Counted from the first letter of the stretch, positions 9,953 to 20,475 are shown. The stretch is 64,000 nt of DNA from an uncultured virus (IMG/VR IMGVR_UViG_3300026254_000003) (IMGVR_UViG_3300026254_000003), one strand, 5' to 3'. The notes: generated from the sequence alone by a model not told the origin. A program made the numbers and translations.

Positions 9953-10729
9953 TTAACGCGTCGATGTTAATGTATAAGGTACTTGCGCCTCTTTAAGCAT
10001 GCTGTCTAGCACTTTGGTGTGGTCGAGATAAAGCTCCTCGTCTTCAGGCGAGGTGCCAGCATTAAGGTGGTGACGCTCAGCAACGGCATCCCATGCCACA
10101 TCTTCATTAGGCGCTTCAGCCAGCGCAGAACGCGGTTCTTCCCCTTCAGGGTGATAAACAACTAAAAATAACATCGCTTTTTCCTCGTAGTTAGGTGAAT
10201 AAGGAGAGATAAATTGTCGGTACTCATGCACATGCAGCAACGGTTGGTACGTTATCAGCCATTGCTGCCATTGCGCCCATGTGGCTTGCGAAAATGCCAT
10301 CGATAAATGCGAGTCTGCATAGTGTACGGTTGTGGTGCTGGTGCGCGTATCAATCACAACGTACCATACAAATGTCTCGGCTAACTCGACAGGCGCAAAA
10401 ACGCTGTCTGCGGCATTGGTTATTTCAAACGACAAGGCGCTATCGTCACGATTAAGGCCAATGCCCACAAAATCAGTAAGCGAGGTGTCTTGATAGCGTC
10501 CACCTGCTCTTGTAGTAAATTCTGGCTCGCTCTGGCCGCAGAGGTGCTCATTCTCAAGCGTCAGGATATCAAGGCTGTCTCTGATGTCGCCATCATCAAA
10601 ACTGATGTAAGTGCGGTTTTCCCATTGTTGTTGGGCTTTCGGCAGATGGCATAACTCGTCGAATATCGTGGTGGTGCCTGTCGGTTTAGGCGTGACATTT
10701 GAGAGAGGGGGCTTAGTGGTTTTTCCCAT
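9953..10729 (-). CDS. hypothetical protein
   Basis: 258 aa behind variant repeat 10741. Confidence 0.8.
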   Translation of the reverse strand: MGKTTKPPLSNVTPKPTGTTTIFDELCHLPKAQQQWENRTYISFDDGDIRDSLDILTLENEHLCGQSEPEFTTRAGGRYQDTSLTDFVGIGLNRDDSALSFEITNAADSVFAPVELAETFVWYVVIDTRTSTTTVHYADSHLSMAFSQATWAQWQQWLITYQPLLHVHEYRQFISPYSPNYEEKAMLFLVVYHPEGEEPRSALAEAPNEDVAWDAVAERHHLNAGTSPEDEELYLDHTKVLDSMLKEAQVPYTLTSTR

Positions 10730-10822
10730 GGAGTATACCTTGTTGTGTTGACCTGTTTATTGTCTCTTATAATCAGGGTTAAGTCAATGTTAAAATTGAA
10801 AATAACCAATGTTAAGAAAGAG

Positions 10823-10870
10823 AAAAGCCCGCGCGTGGCGGGCAGGGTGTGTATGTCAGCACAGCACCAA
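10823..10870 (-). terminator. Hairpin + terminator module, copy 2
   Basis: aaaagcccgcgcgtggcgggc...tgtcagcacagcacc, homologous to 5807-5860. Confidence 0.75.
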
Positions 10871-10877
10871 AAAGAGG

Positions 10878-11501
10878 TTATTTTGAGCGAGAGAAGTGCT
10901 TCGGCATGAGGATCGTACCATCTTCAAATTTTGCCTTGCAGATAGCGCCTGCCTGCTCGCACAATTCAACGTCAAACATTGACCAGTGGCATTGCTCAGC
11001 GCGAATGTTCATTTCTTGAGACAACCATAGATAGCCAATATTAAGACCGCACTGCTGACGCTTCATAAGGCGCATAAACCAGCTTTTATTGGCTTTGCGT
11101 GCCTCGCGAGTGGCCGCATCAGCCAGCGTGCCAAGCGGTATATCAGTGTGAGGATGAACACCTACGTAGGCACCGCATTCTTGATTTCGGCATAGGTAAA
11201 GGTAAGGCCACTCTCCATAGCTACGCTTATAAACGGTTTTATGCTCCACTAACTCGACATGCTCATGACCGCAGTAAGGGCATGTTTCAGGCACGGGAAC
11301 GCGGTGCTTTACACGCTTCAGTGAGCGACGGCTAATGTGCGGTAGTGGCGCAGGTGCAATAAGCTTCGCTTCGCTGGTGGCGCGAGGATCTATGCCCGAA
11401 ATGATAGTCACACCTGTATCAACAGGTTGATTGGAGTCAATGTTTTCTTGTGGTGACGTTTTACCGTTAACAAGTTGCGCAAGCGCTTGAAATAGTGCCA
11501 T
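10878..11501 (-). CDS. DUF3268-like zinc-finger protein
   Basis: CPYCG...YLYLC..CGAYVGVHPHT..PLGTLAD motif typical of this phage-associated family. Confidence 0.75.
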   Translation of the reverse strand: MALFQALAQLVNGKTSPQENIDSNQPVDTGVTIISGIDPRATSEAKLIAPAPLPHISRRSLKRVKHRVPVPETCPYCGHEHVELVEHKTVYKRSYGEWPYLYLCRNQECGAYVGVHPHTDIPLGTLADAATREARKANKSWFMRLMKRQQCGLNIGYLWLSQEMNIRAEQCHWSMFDVELCEQAGAICKAKFEDGTILMPKHFSRSK

Positions 11502-11618
11502 GATGGTTACCCTGATGTGTTGTGCTGACAGGATCAGTATCGCAAAATCTGTGATAGTTGTCAATGGTTTTGGCAACAGTCGCTCACAATAATCATGTTT
11601 ACGACTGCCGCTTGGCGA

Positions 11619-12320
11619 TTACTGTACCAATGGTGGTGCCGTGTGAGTAGACTGCGAACCGCGTATCGCTGCAACCTCTGAAAATGCGATGTAGTGGGTA
11701 GCAAGATGAAAAAAAGCGTCTTCCATCACCTTGGCGGTACGTTCTCGCAGGGCTTTACATTCTGGTGGCGCATTGGGGTCGAGTAGCCCAATCGTGGACA
11801 TGCCGTTGCTATAATTCACACACATATCGTGAAACATAAATACCACCCACATAAGCTTTACGTCATCAGGTGTCGCTTGTGCAGGGCAAGGCGTACCTGT
11901 TACGTAGGTGAGGTGGTCTGCTGTAATACCTTTGTTGGCAATATCGATGGCTTTTCTAAGTTTACCTAAGTCATCAAGTAACGCCTCGGCCCGCTTGATG
12001 TCCGCTTCACTGACAGGTGATCGGGGTTGCGTATTGAGGTTTTCTAAATTAAGACGCTCCGCACACACCAACATGAGAAAGAGGCCGTCAATGCGTTGTG
12101 CTGAACGTTTCGCATCACTAAATACATCAACAACAGAGGTCGAAGAAAAGGCGTTAGCCGCGTGATCAAGCACGCGTGTTAATGCAGGGTAAGTTAATGC
12201 AATGCGTGCAGCAGGATTAACAAAATCGCTGGCACGCTCACGCAACAAATCAGCGTGGTTCGAGTGGTATTTTGCTGGGCGAAAAGCCGCATGGAATGCA
12301 AGTTGATGATAGGTGGTCAT
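11619..12320 (-). CDS. hypothetical protein
   Basis: Start corrected to MTTYHQL after repeat 12335. Confidence 0.75.
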   Translation of the reverse strand: MTTYHQLAFHAAFRPAKYHSNHADLLRERASDFVNPAARIALTYPALTRVLDHAANAFSSTSVVDVFSDAKRSAQRIDGLFLMLVCAERLNLENLNTQPRSPVSEADIKRAEALLDDLGKLRKAIDIANKGITADHLTYVTGTPCPAQATPDDVKLMWVVFMFHDMCVNYSNGMSTIGLLDPNAPPECKALRERTAKVMEDAFFHLATHYIAFSEVAAIRGSQSTHTAPPLVQ

Positions 12321-12422
12321 AATGCGTTGCCTGTGTTGTTGTGCTGACAGGGTAAGTATCGCAAAATCTGTGTTATTTGTCAATAGGTTGTTTAGGTTGT
12401 CTGTAAGAAAAACGTACGATGA

Positions 12423-13100
12423 TCAATAATCATCGTACTCATCTTCATCAAAGTGTTCATCGTTGTAGGGGCGCGCATCAATCTCATGCAGCATACCCAC
12501 CACCACGGCTTTAGTACCAAGCTTGCCCGCCTTATGCATGGCGCGAACGGCCTTTTCTTTCTCGTTCTGCCATACGTCATAAGCGTCTGCGGCTCTTACT
12601 CTTGCCTTCTCGATAGATTGGCGTTGGGCTTGCGTTAGCGGCAGTGTGTCGTCGCCACAATGAGGGCAGCTACCCCCGAATGACGAATGGTAAGGCGAGT
12701 GACTAACACTCGACCTAAAGTAGCTAAAGTTACGGTGATAGCGCTGCATAGAAACGCGCTTGTTGCACTTAGGGCATGTTCGCGTTTTAAGGTTTTCTGC
12801 CTTTTGTATTGCTGCCAATGTCACTTCGCACTGGCGCTCAGAGCGTTTTTTAAATGTCTCATGGGCGCGGGTTACGCGTGCGTTCTTGAGGGGAGTGCTG
12901 CTCGACTCGAAGTCAATATATGTTGCGTACATGCAGCCTAGCTTGTCGAGTTCATCGCAAAGCGCGTTGGCTGCATCGTTCTCGTCAATATAAAGTGTAT
13001 TATTAAGTCGCGTAGGCAACCCAACTTCATTGCCCGCAAAAAGCTGAGGTTCGTTGACCTTATCAATGTCCGTTGTGTAGCTGCAAAATTCCCAACCCAT
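12423..13100 (-). CDS. zinc-ribbon hypothetical protein
   Basis: CPKC...CPHC pair; start MGWEFC after repeat 13115. Confidence 0.75.
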   Translation of the reverse strand: MGWEFCSYTTDIDKVNEPQLFAGNEVGLPTRLNNTLYIDENDAANALCDELDKLGCMYATYIDFESSSTPLKNARVTRAHETFKKRSERQCEVTLAAIQKAENLKTRTCPKCNKRVSMQRYHRNFSYFRSSVSHSPYHSSFGGSCPHCGDDTLPLTQAQRQSIEKARVRAADAYDVWQNEKEKAVRAMHKAGKLGTKAVVVGMLHEIDARPYNDEHFDEDEYDDY

Positions 13101-13205
13101 GATGTAACCCTTGTTGTTGTGCTGACAAGAACAGTATCTCAAAAACTGAGTGCGTTGTCAATTTTTTTGGCGGCGCGCCCTCGCGGAAAGGGCGCGTGTT
13201 GTGCA

Positions 13206-13760
13206 TTACAGGCCTAGTTGAGAAAGGCGGCTTATGTCATATTCGACGTAACCCATCGATTGCTGAAGTATGTCGTTAAGGTTTTTGAGGAATAAGGTAG
13301 AATCCCCCTTAACGCTGCCTTTCAATGTGCAAGCGGCGGCGTCAAAGCGAACGGCCTCTTTGATAAGCACATCAACGTAAAGCGCAACAAATGTATTTAC
13401 CATCGTACATGCACTACAGAGCATCAAGTGGTGCATAGGTACATTGTAGCTGTGGTTTAGGGTAATGCGGTCGGCGTAAAGCGCAATCGGCGAAAAGCCG
13501 TCATAGAAGTGATTGATTGTTGTATCGACAAGCGAGTCAAATGTTGACTCTGCCTGACTTAGCACCTTATCTTGCTCTGTGGCAAGGCGTTGCTGTGTTT
13601 GTGTGACAATGTGGTTAAGCGCATCATCAAGCGAAGCAAACGATGAAAAGTCTTCGTTATCGAATGGTGCGGTTATGGTATCGGCAATACAGGAAAGTAC
13701 CGTCTGTGAAATGTCGACTGAGAATGCGTAGCTTGGTAAAAAAGCGGATGTGATTTTCAT
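13206..13760 (-). CDS. hypothetical protein, paralog family A
   Basis: Motif similarity to 5875 and 19924 ORFs; behind repeat 13775. Confidence 0.8.
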   Translation of the reverse strand: MKITSAFLPSYAFSVDISQTVLSCIADTITAPFDNEDFSSFASLDDALNHIVTQTQQRLATEQDKVLSQAESTFDSLVDTTINHFYDGFSPIALYADRITLNHSYNVPMHHLMLCSACTMVNTFVALYVDVLIKEAVRFDAAACTLKGSVKGDSTLFLKNLNDILQQSMGYVEYDISRLSQLGL

Positions 13761-13880
13761 CGTGGTGTTCCTGTTGTTGTGCTGACAGGGGTTAGCATCT
13801 CAAAACCTGAGAGTGTTGTCAACAGGAAAGTAGAGAAAGCGCCTTTTTATGTGGCTAACTACTGCGCTATGTTATTTTCA

Positions 13881-14105
13881 TCACTCGTCCTGAAGATCTT
13901 TAGGTACAGCAACACAATCTTTAGCGATGCGATCAAACCGCTTCCCTCTGGGGAATATACTGCGGATCTTTCTGTTCATTTTAACCTTTTTGTTGTCTAG
14001 GTTGGCATAAAGGGTTTCTGAACGAAGGTTATACCGCCAAGGTATAAGTTGGCTTGCTTTGTGAGCACTCCACTCACTTAACAGATTTTTTGCGTTTGAA
14101 GGCAT
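13881..14105 (-). CDS. small basic hypothetical protein
   Basis: MPSNAKN start with AGGA RBS. Confidence 0.55.
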   Translation of the reverse strand: MPSNAKNLLSEWSAHKASQLIPWRYNLRSETLYANLDNKKVKMNRKIRSIFPRGKRFDRIAKDCVAVPKDLQDE

Positions 14106-14170
14106 GTTAGATTCCTGTAAACGTGATGCAAAAGCGCCACAAGGCGCTTTCGGCAATGTGAGTTCAATAC

Positions 14171-14695
14171 TTAGAATGTCATCACTTCTTTTCTGACCAC
14201 ATGGCAATACTCATTTTTTTTGCCAATAGGATTCATATACATATCAACTAAATTGTGCTTGATGTATGTCACATTTTGCGCCAGTGAGCCTTTTATTTCG
14301 ATGCCATCAAAGGTTTTTAGCGCACTCATGCAGTTTTCTTCAAAAATGATATGTTTGGTATACTGGGCGACACATTTGCCGTCTGCGGTGGGGGCGGCAA
14401 CAATATTCATGGTCATTGAGCCGTCACTATACGCGCGCTCAATGACGGCAGTATAATGTGAATCTTGTGAATCTGTTGCCCAAGTGCCATGCGCGCCATG
14501 CTCACCATCACCGATAAGAAAGTTAGAAATATCTGTAACGGCTTTAAGGCATGTTTTCACATTAGCGTTTTTGGCTTGTTCAATAGGCACGATGCCTTTT
14601 ATCGTTTCGCCTTCTGCCAGTGCGGTATGACTAACAGATAAAGCGCTCATGGCTAAGGCTGCGCTCATTAGTGTGCGTGTGATGCGTGTTTTCAT
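14171..14695 (-). CDS. secreted/periplasmic hypothetical protein
   Basis: Signal peptide MKTRITRTLMSAALAMSALSVSHTALA; four Cys. Confidence 0.8.
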   Translation of the reverse strand: MKTRITRTLMSAALAMSALSVSHTALAEGETIKGIVPIEQAKNANVKTCLKAVTDISNFLIGDGEHGAHGTWATDSQDSHYTAVIERAYSDGSMTMNIVAAPTADGKCVAQYTKHIIFEENCMSALKTFDGIEIKGSLAQNVTYIKHNLVDMYMNPIGKKNEYCHVVRKEVMTF

Positions 14696-14772
14696 AAGTC
14701 TATTTTCACTTTTAGTGAGACTTGTTGTGAGTGATTTTTTGTGAATGTGGGGGCGGGCGTTGCCCCCGTTTT

Positions 14773-15387
14773 TTATGCCTCGATAAGTTCATCAAGGCTC
14801 ATGTGCATGCAGCCGCCAAAGTATTCATGTAGGCGCGCTAACTCAGGGTATTTTTCTGCGTATTCAAGGTAAGCCGCTTCGCATTTTTTAACGGCAACTT
14901 TGAACTCTAGTACGTTACCCATCGCAAACTCGCGTGATGCTTTGTTATGCGCGACATAAATATCTGCGGCTTTTACCAATTCAGTCTCATAAGACTTGTC
15001 ATGGCAAATGGCTTCGATTTCGCTGCGCATGTAATCAGGAAGTTTGCTGAAAAGCAGTTTTTCGTTTTCAACTTCAAGGGCTTTCCACATATCGTAGAAC
15101 TCAGGTGAAGAGCGTTTGATAGGGGAAGGCAAATCCGTGGTTAGCGTTTCTTCACCGTCATGCAGGATAGCGTAAGATAGAAGCTTGCCTATGTCGATGG
15201 TTTTGCCAAACTCATGCTTAGAGATTAACCCTAAAAGCAGTGCTGTGATCGTGACTTCGGCAGTATGCTCTAGTACATTTTCGTTTTCGATAAGGTACAT
15301 GCGATTCCAGCGAGGAAGTAAACGCTGGCGAAACATTAGTGCCATGAATGCGTATTGTTTTGCGGTATCTGAAAGAGGTGTGTTCAT
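14773..15387 (-). CDS. yfbR: HD-domain 5'-deoxynucleotidase, YfbR-like
   Basis: RW..M....ENVLEH, ILHD.EE..T.DLPSPIK, VKAAD motifs of the YfbR family. Confidence 0.8.
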   Translation of the reverse strand: MNTPLSDTAKQYAFMALMFRQRLLPRWNRMYLIENENVLEHTAEVTITALLLGLISKHEFGKTIDIGKLLSYAILHDGEETLTTDLPSPIKRSSPEFYDMWKALEVENEKLLFSKLPDYMRSEIEAICHDKSYETELVKAADIYVAHNKASREFAMGNVLEFKVAVKKCEAAYLEYAEKYPELARLHEYFGGCMHMSLDELIEA

Positions 15388-15470
15388 CGTTTTTTACCTG
15401 TGTTGTGCTGACAGGATCAGTATCTCAAAATCTGTGTTGATTGTCAACAAAAAAGATGAAGAACGTGCCG

Positions 15471-15809
15471 TTATGCGACACGTTTCATGTTGGGGTTTCT
15501 TGCGGTAGTGCGTACCCAAAAGTCTTGTTTAATCGACTTTGTACCTGCTGCCCCGCGCTTGAAATACTCAATGTAATCAGGGTGAGAGTAAACCTTGACT
15601 TGATTGAATGCCAATCCTTTATCGGCAATGGCTTTAGCAAGATGCTCATCAGGGATGGTGCGGTCTTTTAGGCTAAGTTTAAACTGACGCACCGTTTGAT
15701 TTTTGGTGTTGCACTCAAAAAGATAAAGCGTATCACCGATAAAACCAATGTAGATGGCGACAATGTCTGACTTGGGCGTAAGAACGCGTTTAGCGTAGGT
15801 GGTATTCAT
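15471..15809 (-). CDS. hypothetical protein
   Basis: 112 aa behind repeat 15822. Confidence 0.75.
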   Translation of the reverse strand: MNTTYAKRVLTPKSDIVAIYIGFIGDTLYLFECNTKNQTVRQFKLSLKDRTIPDEHLAKAIADKGLAFNQVKVYSHPDYIEYFKRGAAGTKSIKQDFWVRTTARNPNMKRVA

Positions 15810-15920
15810 GCGAGTAACCTCTGTTGTGCTGACAGGGTTAGTATCTCAAAATCTGTGTTAATTGTCAATAAAAAAACAACCAAGGTTGCAAACAACCTTG
15901 GTTTTATGGGTAATAAAAAT

Positions 15921-16568
15921 CTAATTAGATGCCTGGCTGGCCAGCGCTTTAATAATGTCGTGTTGACTATCGGAAAGTGCCATCATTAAGGCACGTTCAG
16001 CAGCGGTTAGGCTGGCTAAACTGAAATCATCATTGTCGACCATGATATCAATGACCGTACTGTCGAGCACCCATAAGCGCTGGAGCATCGTCTTTGAACA
16101 TGCTTGATATGCATAGGTCATTATTGCATTGGGATTAATGTCTGCCCAGATATAGCGCGCTAACGGTGAGGCCGTGGCGATAGCTTGCTCAATTTTTTCA
16201 TTTTCTGCGGTGTCGTTCATATCGTCAATTGCAGCCACCTCCGCCTTGCTGATACCGTCAAGCCCTGCGTCAGAAAGCCAACCTAGAAGAGTATCAGACC
16301 ATGTGTCACTGTCTGGACTCCCAATGATGTTATCGATCTCAAGTAGTGCCGAGAGAGAAGGCTTATGGCCGTGAGTCGCTTGTTTTGAGATAAGGGGTAG
16401 CCAGTAGCGGCCTAATTGCCATGCCTTATTAGTATCTGGCGTAAGACGAGATGGCGTTTTTTGTGCCAGTGCAGTGGTGCGTTTAATGAGTGCAAGCTGT
16501 TGCTGAGGGGTCAGTAACGTTTGCTCTTCATCAATGCGAAGTGAAGCTAAAAGGGTTGTAGAGTTCAT
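15921..16568 (-). CDS. hypothetical protein, paralog family B
   Basis: G.KPSL.A...I.N.I / WS...L..L..AGL / SPL.RY.W.D.NP shared with the 34686 ORF. Confidence 0.8.
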   Translation of the reverse strand: MNSTTLLASLRIDEEQTLLTPQQQLALIKRTTALAQKTPSRLTPDTNKAWQLGRYWLPLISKQATHGHKPSLSALLEIDNIIGSPDSDTWSDTLLGWLSDAGLDGISKAEVAAIDDMNDTAENEKIEQAIATASPLARYIWADINPNAIMTYAYQACSKTMLQRLWVLDSTVIDIMVDNDDFSLASLTAAERALMMALSDSQHDIIKALASQASN

Positions 16569-16631
16569 AATGACGCCTTGGTGTTGAGTTGAGGTGAAGC
16601 GAAACGGCTTCACCTAAAAATATAAACCGTG

Positions 16632-17150
16632 TTACTTGAGGGCTTTGGGTGTAATGCTAACACGCCAGCCGACCGCGCCAAGAGCCGCAGACAGGTGTTC
16701 TTCCTTATATTCTGCGAGAGCCTCGTTGACAATATCCTCGTCAAGTGGGCAATTGACATCGCCAACCACATCCATTTTGGCATAAAATACCGCGTCAATG
16801 ATGGTGGTATCACGTTCAGTGATCTGCGCGTCCTTTGGGAGGCATTGTCGTTGTACACATATATCAATGTATTCGGGTTCGTTAAGGTCGTTGATGTAAA
16901 AGGCCGAGAACGTTACATCGAAAATAGCACGACCATCAGGGATAGCGTCAGGTGATGTATTGCCCCCAGTATCACCAAGGATAGCGCCAAGTAGCGAGAG
17001 AGCATCGTAGCCTTTTAAGTTAACGTTAGGCGAAAGCATGCTATCGGAAGAAAACATTTTGCTCTGGCATACGGTTGCTTTGATGCTTTGCCCAGCAATT
17101 TGCGCGCTATTTGGCGTAATTAACTCAAGTGGGACAAACAATGTTTTCAT
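16632..17150 (-). CDS. hypothetical protein
   Basis: 172 aa, GGAGAG RBS, repeat 17167. Confidence 0.8.
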   Translation of the reverse strand: MKTLFVPLELITPNSAQIAGQSIKATVCQSKMFSSDSMLSPNVNLKGYDALSLLGAILGDTGGNTSPDAIPDGRAIFDVTFSAFYINDLNEPEYIDICVQRQCLPKDAQITERDTTIIDAVFYAKMDVVGDVNCPLDEDIVNEALAEYKEEHLSAALGAVGWRVSITPKALK

Positions 17151-17226
17151 AGTGCTCTCCGAGACCGTTGTGTTGACAGGGTTAGTATCTCAAAAGCTGA
17201 GAGTGTTGTCAATAAAAAAGAGACAT

Positions 17227-17529
17227 TTATGGATGTTCTTTCTCACTATTGAAGACGGAACTAGCACGCTCCAGCGCTTCCATGAAATCGATGTTAAGAT
17301 GTTCGCATGTGTGCTGGAGATCAGATAGCAAGTCGCGTACTCCCTGCTCGACAGGTTCGCCTCCACTGCTTCCGTAAATGTGTTTTGCGTAGCCATGAAG
17401 GGCGCGCCATCCCTGCTTCGCGCGTGCCCCATTGGGGTTAGCGTGATTAACGCTATCAGGTAGCGCATTCATGACGGGTTCAGCGCAATCAAATGTTGCA
17501 TTTTCGATGGCTTCTGTAGGAGTACTCAT
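17227..17529 (-). CDS. hypothetical protein
   Basis: 100-aa ORF. Confidence 0.7.
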   Translation of the reverse strand: MSTPTEAIENATFDCAEPVMNALPDSVNHANPNGARAKQGWRALHGYAKHIYGSSGGEPVEQGVRDLLSDLQHTCEHLNIDFMEALERASSVFNSEKEHP

Positions 17530-17580
17530 TGTTTTTTGCCTATAGTGTTGCGTTAGTAAAATGAAGAGCAGTGAATGCGG

Positions 17581-17979
17581 CTATGCCGCATCACTTAACT
17601 TTACCACAACCGCTTCGTGAGGAGCGTCAGGGTTCGTGACAACAAGCCCTGCGTCTTGCATCGTGTCGACGATGATCTTGCGAGAGCTAGGAACCGTGCT
17701 ATTCCAAAAGATAGACGTTTGATTTGGTAGCGTCGTCCACCCACGCTTAATGATGCCACAAAACGCATAAAGGTTACCGCTATCTAGCGCCCCTTTGCCC
17801 AGTTTTTCCTCAGCAAGTTCAGAGCGCACCTGGCCAGAGTCGTGGTGATCTTTGGTAAGACGTGCTGCCGCGAAACCTTTGTCTTTTTTAAGCGAGCGAA
17901 AGGCTGCATCCAACTTTTTAAGGTGGAGGTTTAGTACTTGGCGACGGGCTTTAAGTGCTTGTTCACGCATGAAGCTCAT
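17581..17979 (-). CDS. hypothetical protein
   Basis: 132 aa behind repeat 17995. Confidence 0.8.
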   Translation of the reverse strand: MSFMREQALKARRQVLNLHLKKLDAAFRSLKKDKGFAAARLTKDHHDSGQVRSELAEEKLGKGALDSGNLYAFCGIIKRGWTTLPNQTSIFWNSTVPSSRKIIVDTMQDAGLVVTNPDAPHEAVVVKLSDAA

Positions 17980-18090
17980 GATGTTTTCCTGTGTTGTTGT
18001 GCTGACAGGATTAGTATCCCAAAACCTGTGTATGTTGTCAACAGTTTTTTGTGTTTTTTTGCAGCCGATAAGAGGTGTGGCAACTGCGGC

Positions 18091-18588
18091 CTACGTCTCT
18101 ATATAAGGTAATACAAGGAACTCGTCAGGATCGGCAATGGTGTGAGCATAGTCTCCTATCAGCATGCGATTTATTCCGAAGATGCGATGTGGTTCACCCA
18201 CCTTGCAGAACGTATTAAGCTTGCTGTTGATGCACGTGAGAACCTCACCTTGTTTTATCGCTAAGGTTAGGGGGGCGCTGTTGACGCACTTGATGTAACC
18301 TTTGGTGTCCACCTTGGCCTTCAGTGTATCACCGTGCTCAACAGGACGATGCTTAACAAAGCACGTCTTAACCGTGTCTGCTGACAGCGTGACATGGCGA
18401 ATACCAAGAGGTGTCTGTTCTGAATACTGGTAAGTGACGATATTACCTTGGTCGTTCTGCTCTTTCGGGTAAACACAGAAGAAGCGCGCGCATTTAACCG
18501 GTGTTTGCGAATTGTCTATCGTAAGGTCACGACCTTTGTGATCATGACCGTGAGCAATCTTGGTTTGTTCGATGTAGCATGGATCCAT
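18091..18588 (-). CDS. hypothetical protein
   Basis: Start MDPCYIE after leader-only copy at 18602. Confidence 0.75.
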   Translation of the reverse strand: MDPCYIEQTKIAHGHDHKGRDLTIDNSQTPVKCARFFCVYPKEQNDQGNIVTYQYSEQTPLGIRHVTLSADTVKTCFVKHRPVEHGDTLKAKVDTKGYIKCVNSAPLTLAIKQGEVLTCINSKLNTFCKVGEPHRIFGINRMLIGDYAHTIADPDEFLVLPYIET

Positions 18589-18644
18589 AGAGAATAACCT
18601 GTGTTGTGTTGACATTGTCATTGTAACACAGGTTGCCTACCATG

Positions 18645-19898
18645 TTAAGCGCTCGCTTTATGCTTGCGATGGAACTGCAAGACGTTGGATTTTTTCTTAG
18701 CATACTCTACATCACGCCTTAGCGCATCAATATCACGTTCCGTGCTGGCAATGATGCTCAGTGACATTCGAGTCACCGCAGCATTTAAAAGCAATGGCAA
18801 GAACGTGATCAATGCAAGCTGGAACGCAACCTCGGCCGTTGCCGACGAAAATAGCGTCGAAGGGGCTAGAGCAAGTGCCATCATGACAACAGGAATAAGG
18901 GGAGAGGTGACCGAAAATGCCCGTGAACGTATCAAGTCACTTGCTCGTGGTCCCGTATGGTCATAAGCATCTTGTTCATTGGTCGTAGTGAAGTCAAGCG
19001 TTGGGTTGACAGACAAGCTAAGTCCAATGTGACGCCCGACGTAAAGTCCGAACAACCCCATCATTAGTGAGAGTGGGTATGAAGCTGCTTGCGAGTCAGT
19101 TAGCGTGACTAATCCATGATGAGCAATGTACATAAAAATGACCGTGGCCACTGTGATAAGACAAGTCATTAAACCGTTTTGAAGGTAAATAGCGTCCCGG
19201 GCCTGACTGTGGCTTTTAATCACACCTTTACCGGCCTCAATAACAGCTGATTGCTCTTCTTTTGAGGTGAGAAGGCTGCCAAATTTGTTATGGCTGCTGG
19301 AAAGATAAAATCCAAAACGCTTAAGCACTGCGGTCTGCTTGCCGCTATCTGATGTTTCAAATTCACTGAGTGCGACATCCATCGCGCTCTTTTTATTTCT
19401 CGCCTCATGCGCAGGTTTAGCGCTATTGAATAAGAAAAGCGTCGCGCTATAGACCGTCACAATAAGGCATGTGCCTAGCAGCATGGAGGATGCGAACGTG
19501 CCCGTAGTGAGGGTGGAGTACGCTTCGTAAAAAATTACGCTCAATCCAAAAGGCAGCCCATAAGGGATAATTTTACTGGTTTGTTCGGGCAGGCGCAGGG
19601 CAAGTTTAAGGATGCCATTGTGATCACCTCGACGGATAGCGTCACGTCGCTCAAAGAACGCGTGCACAGCGATGTAGAAAAGAGGCGCTATGGCACCTAT
19701 GAAAGCGAGAAACATTAATGTTGTCGCTTTTATATCTGAGAGCGCAACCAATAGAAGCAGCGCGCCTAGCAGTGTGATGAGGCTGTTTCTTATGCCAACA
19801 TATAATGCGCGGGAAAGTGCGTGCATGGTCTGGTCGCAGTGTTTGTGTCGTTCAAGCAAAAGCAGCGCCTTTCCTTCATTTATCGATTTAATTCTCAT
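18645..19898 (-). CDS. multi-pass membrane protein (about 8 TM)
   Basis: Long ORF with two blocks of hydrophobic helices; start MRIKS with AAGGA RBS. Confidence 0.8.
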   Translation of the reverse strand: MRIKSINEGKALLLLERHKHCDQTMHALSRALYVGIRNSLITLLGALLLLVALSDIKATTLMFLAFIGAIAPLFYIAVHAFFERRDAIRRGDHNGILKLALRLPEQTSKIIPYGLPFGLSVIFYEAYSTLTTGTFASSMLLGTCLIVTVYSATLFLFNSAKPAHEARNKKSAMDVALSEFETSDSGKQTAVLKRFGFYLSSSHNKFGSLLTSKEEQSAVIEAGKGVIKSHSQARDAIYLQNGLMTCLITVATVIFMYIAHHGLVTLTDSQAASYPLSLMMGLFGLYVGRHIGLSLSVNPTLDFTTTNEQDAYDHTGPRASDLIRSRAFSVTSPLIPVVMMALALAPSTLFSSATAEVAFQLALITFLPLLLNAAVTRMSLSIIASTERDIDALRRDVEYAKKKSNVLQFHRKHKASA

Positions 19899-19923
19899 CA
19901 CATTATCCTTGTTGTCTATGCTT

Positions 19924-20475
19924 TTAAGCCGCGAGTGACAAATCGTAGGCAGTGCGTCCAAGACTTGCCATTAAGATGGCAGAAAGTGTCAAAGGAAAAC
20001 GACGCGGCTCGTTCTTAAGCACGTTACTAACATGCCCGTCTGTGTCGAAGCGCTTCACTTCATCGATGATCGTGTCAATGTAAGTGGCAACAAATAAATT
20101 GACCAGTGTTCTGGCCCCGTAAGACGGCAAGCAACACAAAAAGATACCTTTCCCTTCCGTCGCTTTTAGCGTCAAAGCGTCAGCCTTGGGTGCCAGAGGG
20201 GAGAGCGAACGATACACCTCGTAAATGGCGACAGGTGTGTCTTCATTGAGTTTGGCCACCAGTTCACTGCCACAGTATGTGGTTAACGCGGTTTGATCAG
20301 GGAGGCGCTCAGTAGTGATTTTTTTCACTTCGTCGAGCGCATCATGAGCATTATCGAATCGTGAAAAATTGAGCATTTTTAAGGGGACAGTGATTGCCGC
20401 AGCAACGATTTCTGCGGTGAATGTGTTCATGCCTATTTGAAAGTGCGTTGGTGTTTCAGGTGTTGCTGTACTCAT
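19924..20475 (-). CDS. hypothetical protein, paralog family A
   Basis: Motif similarity to 5875 and 13206 ORFs; degenerate repeat upstream. Confidence 0.8.
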   Translation of the reverse strand: MSTATPETPTHFQIGMNTFTAEIVAAAITVPLKMLNFSRFDNAHDALDEVKKITTERLPDQTALTTYCGSELVAKLNEDTPVAIYEVYRSLSPLAPKADALTLKATEGKGIFLCCLPSYGARTLVNLFVATYIDTIIDEVKRFDTDGHVSNVLKNEPRRFPLTLSAILMASLGRTAYDLSLAA

